Source: Fibrobacterota bacterium (GTDB lineage Bacteria; Fibrobacterota; Fibrobacteria; UBA11236). From it: a DNA stretch of 64,000 nt. Positions 27,990-38,707 of the stretch are shown here, piece by piece. The DNA lies in assembly GCA_028287465.1 (NCBI GenBank), contig JAQBPO010000033.1, positions 4,688 through 68,687 of the forward strand, given 5' to 3'. A model generated the notes under the pieces. The model saw only the letters and a list, made by a program, of their open reading frames with translations, did not search any database and was not told where the DNA came from. Every line of letters begins with the position of its first letter. Position 1 is the first letter of the stretch. A program made the position numbers and the translations under genes.

Positions 27990-28207
27990 GATATGGGGAT
28001 TCCTCCTGAGACACGTTGGTAAGGCGCGGCTAGGCAGCGCCGTTCCGCGAGCGCCGGGTCCGCGAAAGCGGCGCAGGCATAGTGTTAAGATCAAATCCGT
28101 CCTTTGCCGATGCAAGCGGTAAAAACCGTATCCTTTCCGCGACAGAACCGGCGCAATCGGCCCGTATACGCTGATACGGGACTTCACGGGCCTTTTTGTC
28201 ACGGGGA

Positions 28208-28226
28208 CTGTCGATAAAACTGACAG
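28208..28226. promoter_or_regulatory. Candidate activator site CTGTC-N9-GACAG (TGT-N11-ACA) in divergent intergenic region
   Basis: Inverted repeat with AT-rich core; a second repeat TGTATC-N10-GATACA follows at 28241-28262. Confidence 0.35.
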
Positions 28227-28404
28227 CAATTTGACTGGCCTGTATCCCGACCGGGCGATACAATCTTTATGTCTCCGTTCAATCGGAACGGCCGCTCCCG
28301 CGGCCAAACCGGCTTCCGTCCAAGCCGGATCCGGCTCCCAAGAGGGGGCTTTCACGGAGGAAACGCTTCGAATCCGCCTGAGTCGGCCCTGAAAAGGTAT
28401 TGCC

Positions 28405-29127
28405 ATGTCCTTGAGCCACGCATCCATCCTTTCCTCCTGCATCATCATGCTGGGGACGTTTATGGCGGAGGCCAAGGGCATTTCCGTGCGTTTCCTGGCC
28501 GGCCCGGCCGAAGATTCCCTGGTCCGCTATGAAATCTACCGCTCCTCCGCGCCTGGTGAACCCGCGCTCCCGATCGGCGAGCTCCCCGCGGTCAAGGGCC
28601 TGGATACCCTGAGCTTCGCCGACGAATCGGCCGAGAAAGGCCGTTCCTACGCCTATCTCGTCAAAGGCGTGAATGCGGAAGGCATCGAGAGCGATCCGTC
28701 CGATACGACCTTGGTGGGCTATCCCTACCTGTCCCTGCCGGATACCTTGCGCCCCGATAAGGTCACCGGCCTGATACGCATGGTCCTGCCGGCCGGCAGC
28801 GATCCCTTGCGCGGCGCGGTACCCCTGTCCCTGGCCCTTTTGGATTCTTCCCGCTTCAGCCTCGTCTTCGATCCCGCTTCGAATACCGCCACCCTCCGCG
28901 CCCGCAGCGGGCGCACGGATACCGGATGGGCCGTGGTCCGGGCGCAGTATTTCGACAAGTTCTCGGATTTGGATTCCGTCCTGATCCTCCCGGAGCCCCG
29001 TTCCACGGTCGCGCTTTCCACCCCGTCCCAGGTCGATCGGCCGCAGAACCGCCTTTCGGACGGGAACCGGCCCCGGTTCCTCTGGAAGGGGAGGACCGCG
29101 ACCGGAAGGTTTTCTCCCGATCGGTAA
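28405..29127 (+). CDS. Hypothetical secreted protein with Fn3-like N-terminal domain
   Basis: Signal-like N-terminus; YEIYRS...FADESAEKGRSYAYLVKGVNAEGIESDPS. Confidence 0.7.
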   Translation: MSLSHASILSSCIIMLGTFMAEAKGISVRFLAGPAEDSLVRYEIYRSSAPGEPALPIGELPAVKGLDTLSFADESAEKGRSYAYLVKGVNAEGIESDPSDTTLVGYPYLSLPDTLRPDKVTGLIRMVLPAGSDPLRGAVPLSLALLDSSRFSLVFDPASNTATLRARSGRTDTGWAVVRAQYFDKFSDLDSVLILPEPRSTVALSTPSQVDRPQNRLSDGNRPRFLWKGRTATGRFSPDR

Positions 29128-29268
29128 CCGCACCATCTCCCGCCGCGGGCATTCCCTTCCCTAAAGGGCGATTTCAGGAATAGTTTCTTCGTCCGTACTA
29201 TATAGTGGGAAAAAGCGTCCTGTTTTCCGACGGTTGTCTTTTGCCGTACGAATGATTGTTTCTGGGGT

Positions 29269-30549
29269 ATGACATGCTTTCAACTGCCTCCCAGCGGCAA
29301 CGCCGTTCCCGTTTCATTTCTGCTCGAAGCGGGCGATGACGATTTCGCCGGCGCGTTTTCCGCCCACAGCGGTTATCCCGTCGAACGCATCCTCCTCGCG
29401 TCCTCCGGCGCATCCGCCCTCTATATCGCCCTGCGGGGCCTCGCGGCACTCAATCCGGGCAAGCGCGGCGTGGCCCTGCCCGCCTGGTGCTGCCCTTCCG
29501 TTCCGCAGACCGTGATCCAGGCCGGCCTGGAACCGGTCCTGGTGGACATGGATCCCGCGACCTTGGGATACGATGCCGAATCCCTGCGCCAGGTCCGGGC
29601 CGCCCGCGGAGACGGCCTGCTGGCGGTTCTGCTGGTGCACTTCTTCGGGATATCCCAACCCCGGCCCGCCGGCGACTGGGAAGGGACCGCCTTCCTGCGC
29701 GATTGCGCCCAGGATTTCGATCATCGCTTCGATGCGGAGGATGATGCGGCCTGCTTCTACAGCTTCGGCAGGGGCAAGGCCCTCAATGCCGGCCATGGCG
29801 GCGCCCTGTGCCTCCCCGCATCCGGACCGTTGCTCGCCGCATGCCGCTCGGCGATCGCGGAATTGCCCGTCGCCCACGACCGCACCTTGCCCAAGGCCAT
29901 GGCGATCAACATGCTCTCGCAGCCGCGCCTGTTCTGGGCGCTCTCCCACGTGCCCTTCCTGGGGATAGGCGCCACGGTCTGGAAGAAAACCATGACCTTC
30001 GAAAGCATCGCGCCGGAATTCCACGCGCCCGGGTCGGCTTGCCTGGAAGCCTACCTGCAGCGCCGCGACTTCTACCGCAAGCTTATCGCCAAGTATCGCC
30101 ATTTGCTGCATTCCTGCGACGGGGACATGGTGTTCAGCCCGGTGACCGGTTCCGCGCATATGGGCCTCCCCACCCGCTTTCCCCTGATCGTGCGCGACCC
30201 GGCCTTGCGGAACGCGATTTTCCAGGGCATCAATTCCCGCTTCGGAGGGGTAACCCGCATGTATCCGGACATCCTGCCCGCGTTGGCGGGGGCCCCGGAG
30301 GATTTGGGCGGCGGACGGGAGTACCCGGGAGCCACCAGGGTCGCCGGCGAAATCCTGACCTTGCCGGTAACGGCGGAATTGATGGGGCGGGAAGATCGGT
30401 TCCTGGATTGCCTGGCGGGAATCCTGGAAGCGAATGGAGCCATGCGGAAGCGCTCGATGGCCGTCTCCGGAACGGATGGGGATTGGACCCCGATCCGGAG
30501 GCCGTCGCGGCCCGGCCTGCGCCGCCCGACCTTGTTTCCGAGCGCCTAG
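29269..30549 (+). CDS. DegT/DnrJ/EryC1/StrS-family PLP-dependent sugar aminotransferase-like protein
   Basis: SSGASALY, PAWCCPSV, PVLVD, VHFFG, DCAQ, YSFGRGKALNAGHGG (PLP lysine), ILTLP. Confidence 0.82.
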   Translation: MTCFQLPPSGNAVPVSFLLEAGDDDFAGAFSAHSGYPVERILLASSGASALYIALRGLAALNPGKRGVALPAWCCPSVPQTVIQAGLEPVLVDMDPATLGYDAESLRQVRAARGDGLLAVLLVHFFGISQPRPAGDWEGTAFLRDCAQDFDHRFDAEDDAACFYSFGRGKALNAGHGGALCLPASGPLLAACRSAIAELPVAHDRTLPKAMAINMLSQPRLFWALSHVPFLGIGATVWKKTMTFESIAPEFHAPGSACLEAYLQRRDFYRKLIAKYRHLLHSCDGDMVFSPVTGSAHMGLPTRFPLIVRDPALRNAIFQGINSRFGGVTRMYPDILPALAGAPEDLGGGREYPGATRVAGEILTLPVTAELMGREDRFLDCLAGILEANGAMRKRSMAVSGTDGDWTPIRRPSRPGLRRPTLFPSA

Positions 30550-30573
30550 GCCGGGGCCGGCCCGTACCCGGCT

Positions 30574-31944
30574 TCAGTCCGTATTCTTCTCTTCCATCTT
30601 CGCTTCCATCTGGACCGTGATGCCGTTCTTCTTCATCATGTCGTAGAGGGTGGGCCGGGTGAGGCCCGTGACCTTGGCGGCCAGGCTGATATTGCCCTTT
30701 GCCTGCTTGAGCGCATTGAGGATGAAATTGCGATCGAACATCTGCCGGGCCTCGCGGTAGGAGAGCACGGTGAAGGACGTTTCCGAAAGCTGCATGTCCT
30801 CCGCCTCGATGACCTGGCCCGAACAGGTGATGGAGGCCCGATTGAGCTTGTTCTCCAGTTCGCGCACGTTCCCGGGCCAGCTGTAATTGAGCAGCATCTG
30901 CTCGGCGCGCTTGCTCAGCTTAAGGCGCGGCTGCCCGAACTTCAGGCGGTTGCCCTCGATGATCGCGGCGGCGATCAAGGGGATATCGTCCTTGCGGTCC
31001 CGCAAGGGGGGCAGGTGGATCTCGAATTCGCTCAGGCGATAGTAGAGATCCGTGCGCATGGCCGGATTGTCCTTCTCGGCCAGGTTGGTCTTGTTCGTGG
31101 CCGCGATGATGCGCACGTTGAGGGAGCGGAAGGTGGTCTCCCCTACGCGCTGGAGCTTCTGATCCTGCAGGAAGCGCAAGAGCTTGACCTGCAGGGGCAT
31201 GGGCATATCGCCTATCTCGTCCAGGAACAGGGTACCCTTGTGCGCGGACTCGATGAGGCCCATCTTGTCCGTATTGGCCCCGGTGAAGGCGCCCTTCACG
31301 TAACCGAAAAGCTCCGACTCCATAAGGCTCGCGGGGATGGAACCGCAGTTGATGGGGACGAAGATCTCGTTGCGGCGGTTGCTGTGGTAATGGATGGCGC
31401 GCGCGCACAGTTCCTTGCCGGTGCCGCTCTCCCCCGTCAGGAGCACGTTCACGTCCGTCTTGGCCAGCTTGCGGATATGCTCGAAGATCTTGCGCATGGG
31501 CTCGCTCTGGCCGATCATGAGGTTGTCGGCCTCGCTGGGCATCCCCACCGCGGCCTTTTCCACGGCCGGCTTCTCCAGGGTGCCGATGCGGCAGGCGCGC
31601 GCCAGGATCACCTTCAGCTCCTCGATGTCCACGGGCTTGTGCAGGAAGTCGAAGGCCCCGCGTTCCACCGCGCGGCTGCCCAGATCCGAGCTCATATTGG
31701 AGGTGATCACGATGATCTTGGCCAGCCGGTCCTCGTGCAGCACCGCGTCGATGATGTCCAGGCCGCGTTCGGGCTTGTTCTCGAGGCCCATGTCCAGGCA
31801 GATCACGCTCGGGCGGTGGCGGCGCAGGGCCACCAGGCTGCCTTCCAGGGTTTCGGCCTCAAGGACCTCGAAATCGGAATTGAGGGCCCACTTCATCTGC
31901 TCCCGCAAGCCGGCATTGTCCTCGACCAATAGCAATTTGACCAT
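30574..31944 (-). CDS. prsR: Sigma-54-dependent response regulator, PEP-CTERM-box type
   Basis: Receiver domain (LLVEDN, QMKWAL, CLDMGL), [22 protein letters not shown], Fis-type HTH ([11 protein letters not shown]); adjacent to PrsK and exosortase genes. Confidence 0.88.
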   Translation of the reverse strand: MVKLLLVEDNAGLREQMKWALNSDFEVLEAETLEGSLVALRRHRPSVICLDMGLENKPERGLDIIDAVLHEDRLAKIIVITSNMSSDLGSRAVERGAFDFLHKPVDIEELKVILARACRIGTLEKPAVEKAAVGMPSEADNLMIGQSEPMRKIFEHIRKLAKTDVNVLLTGESGTGKELCARAIHYHSNRRNEIFVPINCGSIPASLMESELFGYVKGAFTGANTDKMGLIESAHKGTLFLDEIGDMPMPLQVKLLRFLQDQKLQRVGETTFRSLNVRIIAATNKTNLAEKDNPAMRTDLYYRLSEFEIHLPPLRDRKDDIPLIAAAIIEGNRLKFGQPRLKLSKRAEQMLLNYSWPGNVRELENKLNRASITCSGQVIEAEDMQLSETSFTVLSYREARQMFDRNFILNALKQAKGNISLAAKVTGLTRPTLYDMMKKNGITVQMEAKMEEKNTD

Positions 31945-31991
31945 GCGGCCTCATTTCGGGTTCGTCATGAAAGGGTAAACCGGAAAGATAG

Positions 31992-34220
31992 TCACGGTGC
32001 TCGGGGCCTGTCCTCGTCCGCCGTTTCCGCGGCCCCGTGCGGCTGCGCGGCCGCCGCGAGCAAAAGGCAGAACCGGGTCCCTTTTCCCGGTTCGGAATGG
32101 CACAGGATCCGTCCCCGCATCTTTTCCATAAGGGTCTTGCACTGGTACAAGCCGATGCCCACGCCCTTTTCCTTGGTGGTCGCGAAGGGTTGGAAAAGGC
32201 GGTTGCGCACGAATTCCCGGTCCATGCCCACGCCGGAATCCTCCACCAGGACGAAGGCGCCGTACCCGGCGAAGAACCGTTCCCCTCCGCCGTACAGGTC
32301 CCTGAGGCGCGCCGGCGCGGATTTGCCCAAAGGCCCGTAACTCAGGGCGAGCCTCCCGGGCGGACCGCCGGCAGGCATCGCCTCCAGGGCGTTGTTCACC
32401 AGGTTGCGGATCACGAAGAACAGCGCGGACCGATCCATGGGGACCTCGACGGGATCCTCGCCGGAAAGGTCGAAGGCGATTTCCGGCAAGGCGGTCAACC
32501 CGGAATTGGAGACCACCTCGTCCAAAAGGGGACGCAGGGGATGGGGCGACAGCTCGGGATTCCGGTCTTTCGGCCCCACGGACAACCGGTCGATCAGGCT
32601 TTGCAGGTTCACGGCGCAGCCCTTGATCGAACTCAACATGCTGGTCTGGAAGGACGGGTTGCCCAGGTTCTTTTCCGCGTTCCTGAGCAGAAGGCTCAGG
32701 GTGGCGATCTGGTTCTTGATATCGTGGATGATGAAGGACGCCACGTGGTGGAAGGACTCGAACTGCTTCTGCTCGATCCGCTCCTTGAACACCCGGTTCT
32801 TGAAGATCACGTCCCCGATCGAGTTCGTGAATACGGCGATGAGGGCCAGGTCCTCCTCGTCGAAGGGGTACCCGCGCCCTCCTTGCAGGGCCAGGATCCC
32901 GGCCAGCCTTTCGCCGATGAAGATGGGGAAGATCCCGTCCAGGCGCAACCTTCCCACCAGCGGCTCCTCGCGCGCTTCCTCGCGGAGGGCGCTCCCTTCT
33001 TCGCCGGAGGCGATGAGGTCGACCGGTCTTCCCTCGCGGGCCAGCATGCGGGTCAGCGGGCTGTCGCCGCTCACGGCCAGCCCCCTTTGCGTCGCCTCCT
33101 CCTTGTTCTCATGCAGGTAGAAGTTCCCGTCCTGCCAATTGAGGATGAAGAAATAGGCGTCGTCGACGGTGACGGAGTACTTCATGTTCTCCACCAGCTC
33201 GGTGATGGCCCTGTCGAGGTCCGCGCCGGACATGGAGGTCTTGTGCAGGCGGAAGAACTGCTCCTGGTAATCGTACTTGCGGGAGTAGAACTGGTGGTTG
33301 ATGAACCGCGAGATGCGCCGCCGCATGGTGCCGGAGCCCAGCACCAGCACGGCCAGCAGGCACAGGGTGAACCCCACCAGGAAATTCTCGAAATAGGTGA
33401 AGTCCATCCGCAGCCAGCGGAAGACGAATATGGTCAAGGCCACCCCGAGGAAGGACGCGCCGGTCAGGAACACCGTCGCGGAGGTGTACATGGTGTCCCT
33501 GGGTATGGAGATGAGCTCGGATCCCAGGCGGTACCGGATGAAGCCGGCCAGCACCACCGGATACAGGATGCCGTAGACCACGGAGGACGCTTCCGCGAAA
33601 TGATCGGGAAGCTCCCGGTAGAGAAGCACCCGGGACAGGTAGACCACGTGGAAGATGGCGAGGCTCCCCAATCCGATGAAGCACAACCGGGCGATGCGGC
33701 GCTGGTAGTCCTTGGCGAAGCGGTAGGCGCCTTCGAGCAGGTACAGGACATAGATGGCCATCAGCACCCGCGCGGCCGGGATGAGGAGCGCCGCCCCCTG
33801 GAAAAGGACTCCGGGGGATCCGATGGTGCCGGCGGCGGTGACCTGGCCCGGCCACCAGGTGAGGGCCACGCAGGCCGCGGTCACGGCAATGCCGGCCGGG
33901 AAAACGGGAATCCTCCAACGCCCCAGGCCCCATTCCGTCGCCTCCTGATCGTCCCTGGCACGGAGGAAATGGCGGGTCAACTCCAGGATCAGCAGGGAAA
34001 TCATCGATCCCAGGGAGAGGAGGATGCGCTGGAACCGCAGCCATTCCTCGGCCGAGGCCGTGAAGACGGCGATGTAGGCGACCCACAGGTGGGCCACGAA
34101 AAGGCCGCTGAGGGTGAGGAGGACGAGCCGCTGCGCCTTGCGGTAGGATTTGAAAAGGACCATGAAGCCGAGCGCGAGATCGGCGAGGGTGCCGAGTACG
34201 AGGAAACCCAGGATCAACAC
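31992..34220 (-). CDS. prsK: PEP-CTERM system sensor histidine kinase
   Basis: Multi-TM N-terminus, FYSRKYDY, GAF-like region, H-box SFIIHDIKN, NLVNNALEA, DSGVGM, GVGIGLYQ. Confidence 0.88.
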   Translation of the reverse strand: MLILGFLVLGTLADLALGFMVLFKSYRKAQRLVLLTLSGLFVAHLWVAYIAVFTASAEEWLRFQRILLSLGSMISLLILELTRHFLRARDDQEATEWGLGRWRIPVFPAGIAVTAACVALTWWPGQVTAAGTIGSPGVLFQGAALLIPAARVLMAIYVLYLLEGAYRFAKDYQRRIARLCFIGLGSLAIFHVVYLSRVLLYRELPDHFAEASSVVYGILYPVVLAGFIRYRLGSELISIPRDTMYTSATVFLTGASFLGVALTIFVFRWLRMDFTYFENFLVGFTLCLLAVLVLGSGTMRRRISRFINHQFYSRKYDYQEQFFRLHKTSMSGADLDRAITELVENMKYSVTVDDAYFFILNWQDGNFYLHENKEEATQRGLAVSGDSPLTRMLAREGRPVDLIASGEEGSALREEAREEPLVGRLRLDGIFPIFIGERLAGILALQGGRGYPFDEEDLALIAVFTNSIGDVIFKNRVFKERIEQKQFESFHHVASFIIHDIKNQIATLSLLLRNAEKNLGNPSFQTSMLSSIKGCAVNLQSLIDRLSVGPKDRNPELSPHPLRPLLDEVVSNSGLTALPEIAFDLSGEDPVEVPMDRSALFFVIRNLVNNALEAMPAGGPPGRLALSYGPLGKSAPARLRDLYGGGERFFAGYGAFVLVEDSGVGMDREFVRNRLFQPFATTKEKGVGIGLYQCKTLMEKMRGRILCHSEPGKGTRFCLLLAAAAQPHGAAETADEDRPRAP

Positions 34221-34226
34221 CCGGGG

Positions 34227-36698
34227 TTATCCCTCTTGCGCGTTCGGCGCGGGTTGGACCTGGTAATAGTAGGAGTACTTCTTGTAGCGGTTCGCCTCGA
34301 ACGGGGAGGTTTTCACCCTGTTGAGGAGGGCGGACACCTTGAGGTTCCGCTCCTTCAGGAATTCGACCGCGTCGCGCGCTTCCGAGGCCAGGGTCATTCC
34401 CGACCGGCAGACGAAAATGATCCCGTCGACCGCCTCGGCCAGGGACAGCGGCTCAGGGGTGATCATGACCGGGGGCGTGTCGATGATGACCACGTCGAAC
34501 TGCTCCCGGGCCAGCAGGAGGAAGTCCTTGAAGCGATCGGAGCTGATCAGTTCGCTGGCGTTGGCGTTGGACGCCTTGCAGGGCGCCACGATCAGGTTCT
34601 GCTGCAAGGTGGGCAGGAAGGCCAGGGAGACCGACTCCATCAGCTGTTCCCCGCGGATGTCGGGTTGATCCAGGATGGTGTCGATGCCCGTCGGCACGTT
34701 CAGGTTGAAGATCTTCGCCACCCGGCCCAACCGGAAATCCGCGTCGATGAGCAAGGTGCGTTTGCCCTTGCGCGCGAACGTGACCGCGAGGTTCGCCGAG
34801 CAGGTCGACTTGCCTTCGTGCGGGCGGGAAGAGGTGACCATCAGGCAGTAGCGGCCGGGATGGGCGGGATTCCGGAAGGAGTTCTCGATCTCCTCCCGCA
34901 CCAGGCGGAACGTCTCGATGTCCTCGAGCTGCGACCAGGCCCCGTGGATGAGCAGGAGGGGATCCACCCGGCTCGGTCTCGCCTCCTCTTCCGGCGCGAT
35001 CTTGCCGCGACCGGACTTGGGGCGCTTGACCCGCCTTTCCGTCACTACGCCCAGGGTCCTGAGGCTCAGCAGGCGGCGCACATCGTCCTTGGTCCAGATC
35101 TTGATGATCACGAGGGACCAAGCGAGGACCAGCCCAGGGACGACGAGCAGAAGGAGGAGCACGGCCGAGGCCGCTATCAACAGGCGCGTCTTATGGGAAG
35201 GCGGTTCGTACAAGGCCGGGCGGGCCGGATCCACCACGGAAACCTTGAAGAACTCGGAGCCGGTGACCAGCTTGGCGCGATTGTAGCTTTCAAGCAGGCG
35301 ATCGTAGATGTTCTGGCTGTTCTTGTTGACGTTGTTCAGCCGTTCCAGCTCGAGCTGGAACTTCACCGCCGGGCGGGAATTGCCCCGGGGCGCGTTGCCG
35401 GCCATCCGCAGCCGCAGATCCGAAAGGTCCAGGTCCATCCGGCGCACGAGCGCCGCCTGTATCTCCTCGATCTGCCTGTAGATGCTGTCCTTTTCGGCCT
35501 CCACTTCGAGGATCTTCGGGTGTTCCGGACCGAGCGATGTCCGGTATCCCAGTTGGCGGCTGTTCAGCTCCTGCAGGCTGGCGCGCAGGATGTTCGCCTT
35601 GGCCTCCCCCGCTTCCGCCATGGCCACCAATAGCTCCGAGGCCCAGAAGAAATTCTTTTCCGGGGGGGCGTTCTGCTCCTTGGCCGCGAAGGCCTGCACC
35701 ACGCGCCTCTTGCGCTGCTCGAGGCTTTCGATCTTCTGGCGGGCGTCCAGGTAGGCCAGGTTGTCCCCCTGGGACTGGCCCGCCTGCTGGGAGAGTTCCG
35801 GATGTTCGGCATAGTAATGGGAGAGCTCGTCCTGGCTCTTCTCCAGCTTTTCCTTCGCCAAATCGAGATCCTTCTCCATCTGGACCAGGATGCCCACGTC
35901 CTGCACTTCCGTGGTGCCGTAGTAGACGTCGAGGAACTGCTTCTGCAGGGTGTTCAGGATGTCCGCCACCAGCCAGGGATCCCGGTCCTTCAGGCGGATC
36001 TCGAAATTGCCTCCGCCCAATGGGCGGGCCGACATGCCCTTGCGCAGCTCCCTATAGGTCTTGTCGAACTCTTCGAAGGCCAATTCCACGCGGTTGCCGC
36101 GGACGCCGGAAAGGAATTCCGGGGTGAAGGCCATTTCCAGCCCGGGCATGGACAACCGGCCTTCGCTTTGCAGGCTGCCGCTGAAAATCTTGTATTCGGA
36201 TCCTCCCTCCGGAGGTTTGTAGGTTACGATCGCCTTGGATCCCCTTTTTTCCAGGGCGATGGAATAGGTGCCCAGGCCCAGGCCGTCCGTGTAACGCAGA
36301 TCCTTGAAGACATCCTTCTGGAACAGATCGGGAGTGGTGATCCGCAAACGCATCCCGAGCTTGCGGATGGTGCCGTCCAGGACCTGGAAGCTGTTCAGGA
36401 TGCTGATGATGCTCTGGCCCTGGGTGATCGCCACGTCCCGCATCACGTTTGTCTGCGCCCCGATCACTTCCGGAAAGCGCATCACCGTGGTGGCATAGTA
36501 TGATTTCGGGAGATCGAAGATGGAAAGCACGGAACCGACCGGAACGGCGATCACGAGCCAAGCGATCAGCGCGACCCATTTCCTGAGCCACAGGATGTGG
36601 AAGAGGCTGGTGACGGATGGTATTTTGCGGGGGGAGAAGGGCAACTCCTCCGTCTCCGCTGTATCGTGATCGTCAGGGGAGGAGGTGCTGCGGTTCAT
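34227..36698 (-). CDS. wzc: Wzc-type polysaccharide co-polymerase / BY tyrosine autokinase (copy 2)
   Basis: Same architecture as 9175..11694; SSRPHEGKS, LLIDADFR, IIDTPP, YKKYSYYY. Confidence 0.92.
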   Translation of the reverse strand: MNRSTSSPDDHDTAETEELPFSPRKIPSVTSLFHILWLRKWVALIAWLVIAVPVGSVLSIFDLPKSYYATTVMRFPEVIGAQTNVMRDVAITQGQSIISILNSFQVLDGTIRKLGMRLRITTPDLFQKDVFKDLRYTDGLGLGTYSIALEKRGSKAIVTYKPPEGGSEYKIFSGSLQSEGRLSMPGLEMAFTPEFLSGVRGNRVELAFEEFDKTYRELRKGMSARPLGGGNFEIRLKDRDPWLVADILNTLQKQFLDVYYGTTEVQDVGILVQMEKDLDLAKEKLEKSQDELSHYYAEHPELSQQAGQSQGDNLAYLDARQKIESLEQRKRRVVQAFAAKEQNAPPEKNFFWASELLVAMAEAGEAKANILRASLQELNSRQLGYRTSLGPEHPKILEVEAEKDSIYRQIEEIQAALVRRMDLDLSDLRLRMAGNAPRGNSRPAVKFQLELERLNNVNKNSQNIYDRLLESYNRAKLVTGSEFFKVSVVDPARPALYEPPSHKTRLLIAASAVLLLLLVVPGLVLAWSLVIIKIWTKDDVRRLLSLRTLGVVTERRVKRPKSGRGKIAPEEEARPSRVDPLLLIHGAWSQLEDIETFRLVREEIENSFRNPAHPGRYCLMVTSSRPHEGKSTCSANLAVTFARKGKRTLLIDADFRLGRVAKIFNLNVPTGIDTILDQPDIRGEQLMESVSLAFLPTLQQNLIVAPCKASNANASELISSDRFKDFLLLAREQFDVVIIDTPPVMITPEPLSLAEAVDGIIFVCRSGMTLASEARDAVEFLKERNLKVSALLNRVKTSPFEANRYKKYSYYYQVQPAPNAQEG

Positions 36699-36799
36699 TT
36701 ACGATAGGGAAAGATATGTATTAATTTTGAAGGCTGAATTCTGCTCATTTTCCGGTGGTCGTGCCGTATAAACATACCATTTAACCCCCCTTGGCGGCC

Positions 36800-38707
36800 A
36801 TGAAAAAACTCCTGCTTTTGTTGATTCTTCCCGTACTCGCGGTCGCCGCCTACCTGGTGTGGCAGAACCTCCCGGCCAAGCGCCATGCCAAGCACATGAT
36901 CAAGGCGCGGATGTACGCAAAGGAGAACAATCTCACGGCCGCGCGGCTGGAATACGAAAAGGCCTACCAGGCGGACGGCGTCTACACGCCTTATGCGGAC
37001 CTGGAGGTCCTCAATCTGACGAACCGGGTGAACCTCCAGGACAAGAATCCCGCGGAGGCCCTGAAGAACACCCGGCTTTTCGTCCAGGCGCATCCCACCA
37101 ATAAGGAAGGGAAGATCATCCTGGCCCAACTGGCCTTCCAGGCCGGGGAAAACGAGATCGCCTTCGCGGCCCTCAACTCCATCCTGGAAAAGGACCCCTG
37201 GAATTTCCCGGCCCGCCTCCTGCTCGCCGACGTCAGGGCCAAACAGGGACGATTGGATCTGGCCGAACAGCAGGTGCGGTTCCTTTTCGGGAAATACCCG
37301 GATTCGGTCCGGGTCCTGCTTCCCTTGTCCGAGGTGCTCGTGCAACAGGGCCGAGTCGCCGAAAGCCGGGACCTCCTCGGCCGCATCCTCGCACGCAACC
37401 CCAGGAATCCCAAGGCACGCATCCTGATGATCGACAGCTACCTGAAGGACCGCAATATCGACTCCGCGCAGGCCGTACTGGATGACTGGAAGGACGCGGA
37501 TCCGGACCAGCAACAGGAACTGCAGATCCGCAAGGCCCGGATCTATTCCCTGGGGAACCGCCTCCCCGAGGCCAAGGCCGCCCTCCAGGCCTACCGCGAA
37601 CCCAAGGCCGCCAATCTCCAGGCCCTTTCGGAATTGGCCATCATCCATGCCAAGAACGGTTCCTTCGATTCCGCCATCGCGGTCTATCGCGCCATGGGGG
37701 AAGCCTCCCCTGCCGCCCGCGTGAATGCGGAAAACATGGTCTACTACCTGCACATGAAGAACCAGAACCCGGCCCGGGCCCTGGAAGCCCTCAAGACCCT
37801 CCAGATCACGGATAAGCGGCCCGGGCTCATGCCTCCCCTGGTCGCGGCCTACCTGGCCATCGGACAGGAGAACAAGGCGGATGATTTCATCCGGGAACAA
37901 CCGGACAGCCTCCGCAAATCCCTCGAGGAATTCAAGGCCCAGATGGCGCCGGGAAAGGATTTCATCGGCCAATGGGCCCTCATCGCCTACTACGCCACCA
38001 ATCACCAGGATTGGTGGGCCTTCCAGGCCACCGAAGAGCTTTACCGGAAATGGCCGCGCAGCGAGTTGGCCATCCTGCTCATGACCGCCCAGTTCTCGAC
38101 CCTCGGCCGCGATGCCGATGCCGCCAAGGTCCTCGCCACCTTGGACAAGCCCGGCCTGACCCACAAGGCCGCCCTCCTGAAATTGCTCGGCAAGTCCGGG
38201 CAAAGCGAAAAGGCGATGGCCCTGGCGGAAAAGATGGCCAAGGAATACCCGGGCCTCCAGGGCATCAACGCCACCCTCGCGGATTATTGGATGAAGCGGG
38301 ACAAGGCCAAGGCCATCGGCTATTACGAAAAGGAGCTGGCCCTCAACCCCGGCAATATCGTGGCGCTGAACAACCTCGCATGGGAATTCGGCATCGCCCA
38401 GTCCAACCTGGAAAAGGCCGCGCCCTACCTGGACAAGCTTGAAACCATCCAAAACCTGGACCCGCGCATCATGGACACCATGGGCTGGATCCTGGCCATG
38501 AACGGCAAGCTCGAGGAAGGGGAAAGGCGGATCCGCAACGCTTTGGATCTGGTGCCCGACCAACCGGCCTTCCAATACCACCTCGCCTTCATCCTCGTGA
38601 AGTCCGGGAAGAAGGAAGAGGCCCGCAAGATCCTGGATTCCGCCCTCGCCTCCAGGTTCCCGTTCGACGACCGCAAGGAAGCGGAAAAACTCCTGGCGCA
38701 AATGTGA
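36800..38707 (+). CDS. Tetratricopeptide-repeat protein (PrsT-like), N-terminal membrane anchor
   Basis: MKKLLLLLILPVLAVAAYLVW; repeated TPR helices; ALNNLAW, MDTMGWIL, YHLA; directly upstream of exosortase. Confidence 0.85.
   Translation: MKKLLLLLILPVLAVAAYLVWQNLPAKRHAKHMIKARMYAKENNLTAARLEYEKAYQADGVYTPYADLEVLNLTNRVNLQDKNPAEALKNTRLFVQAHPTNKEGKIILAQLAFQAGENEIAFAALNSILEKDPWNFPARLLLADVRAKQGRLDLAEQQVRFLFGKYPDSVRVLLPLSEVLVQQGRVAESRDLLGRILARNPRNPKARILMIDSYLKDRNIDSAQAVLDDWKDADPDQQQELQIRKARIYSLGNRLPEAKAALQAYREPKAANLQALSELAIIHAKNGSFDSAIAVYRAMGEASPAARVNAENMVYYLHMKNQNPARALEALKTLQITDKRPGLMPPLVAAYLAIGQENKADDFIREQPDSLRKSLEEFKAQMAPGKDFIGQWALIAYYATNHQDWWAFQATEELYRKWPRSELAILLMTAQFSTLGRDADAAKVLATLDKPGLTHKAALLKLLGKSGQSEKAMALAEKMAKEYPGLQGINATLADYWMKRDKAKAIGYYEKELALNPGNIVALNNLAWEFGIAQSNLEKAAPYLDKLETIQNLDPRIMDTMGWILAMNGKLEEGERRIRNALDLVPDQPAFQYHLAFILVKSGKKEEARKILDSALASRFPFDDRKEAEKLLAQM

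Noticed and set aside
29196..29205. ACTATATAGT palindrome as an NrdR box
   Set aside because: Mismatches at key consensus positions, single copy, and no ribonucleotide reductase gene nearby.
32037..35633. 1198-aa plus-strand ORF
   Set aside because: Antisense to prsK and wzc copy 2; no domain signal.
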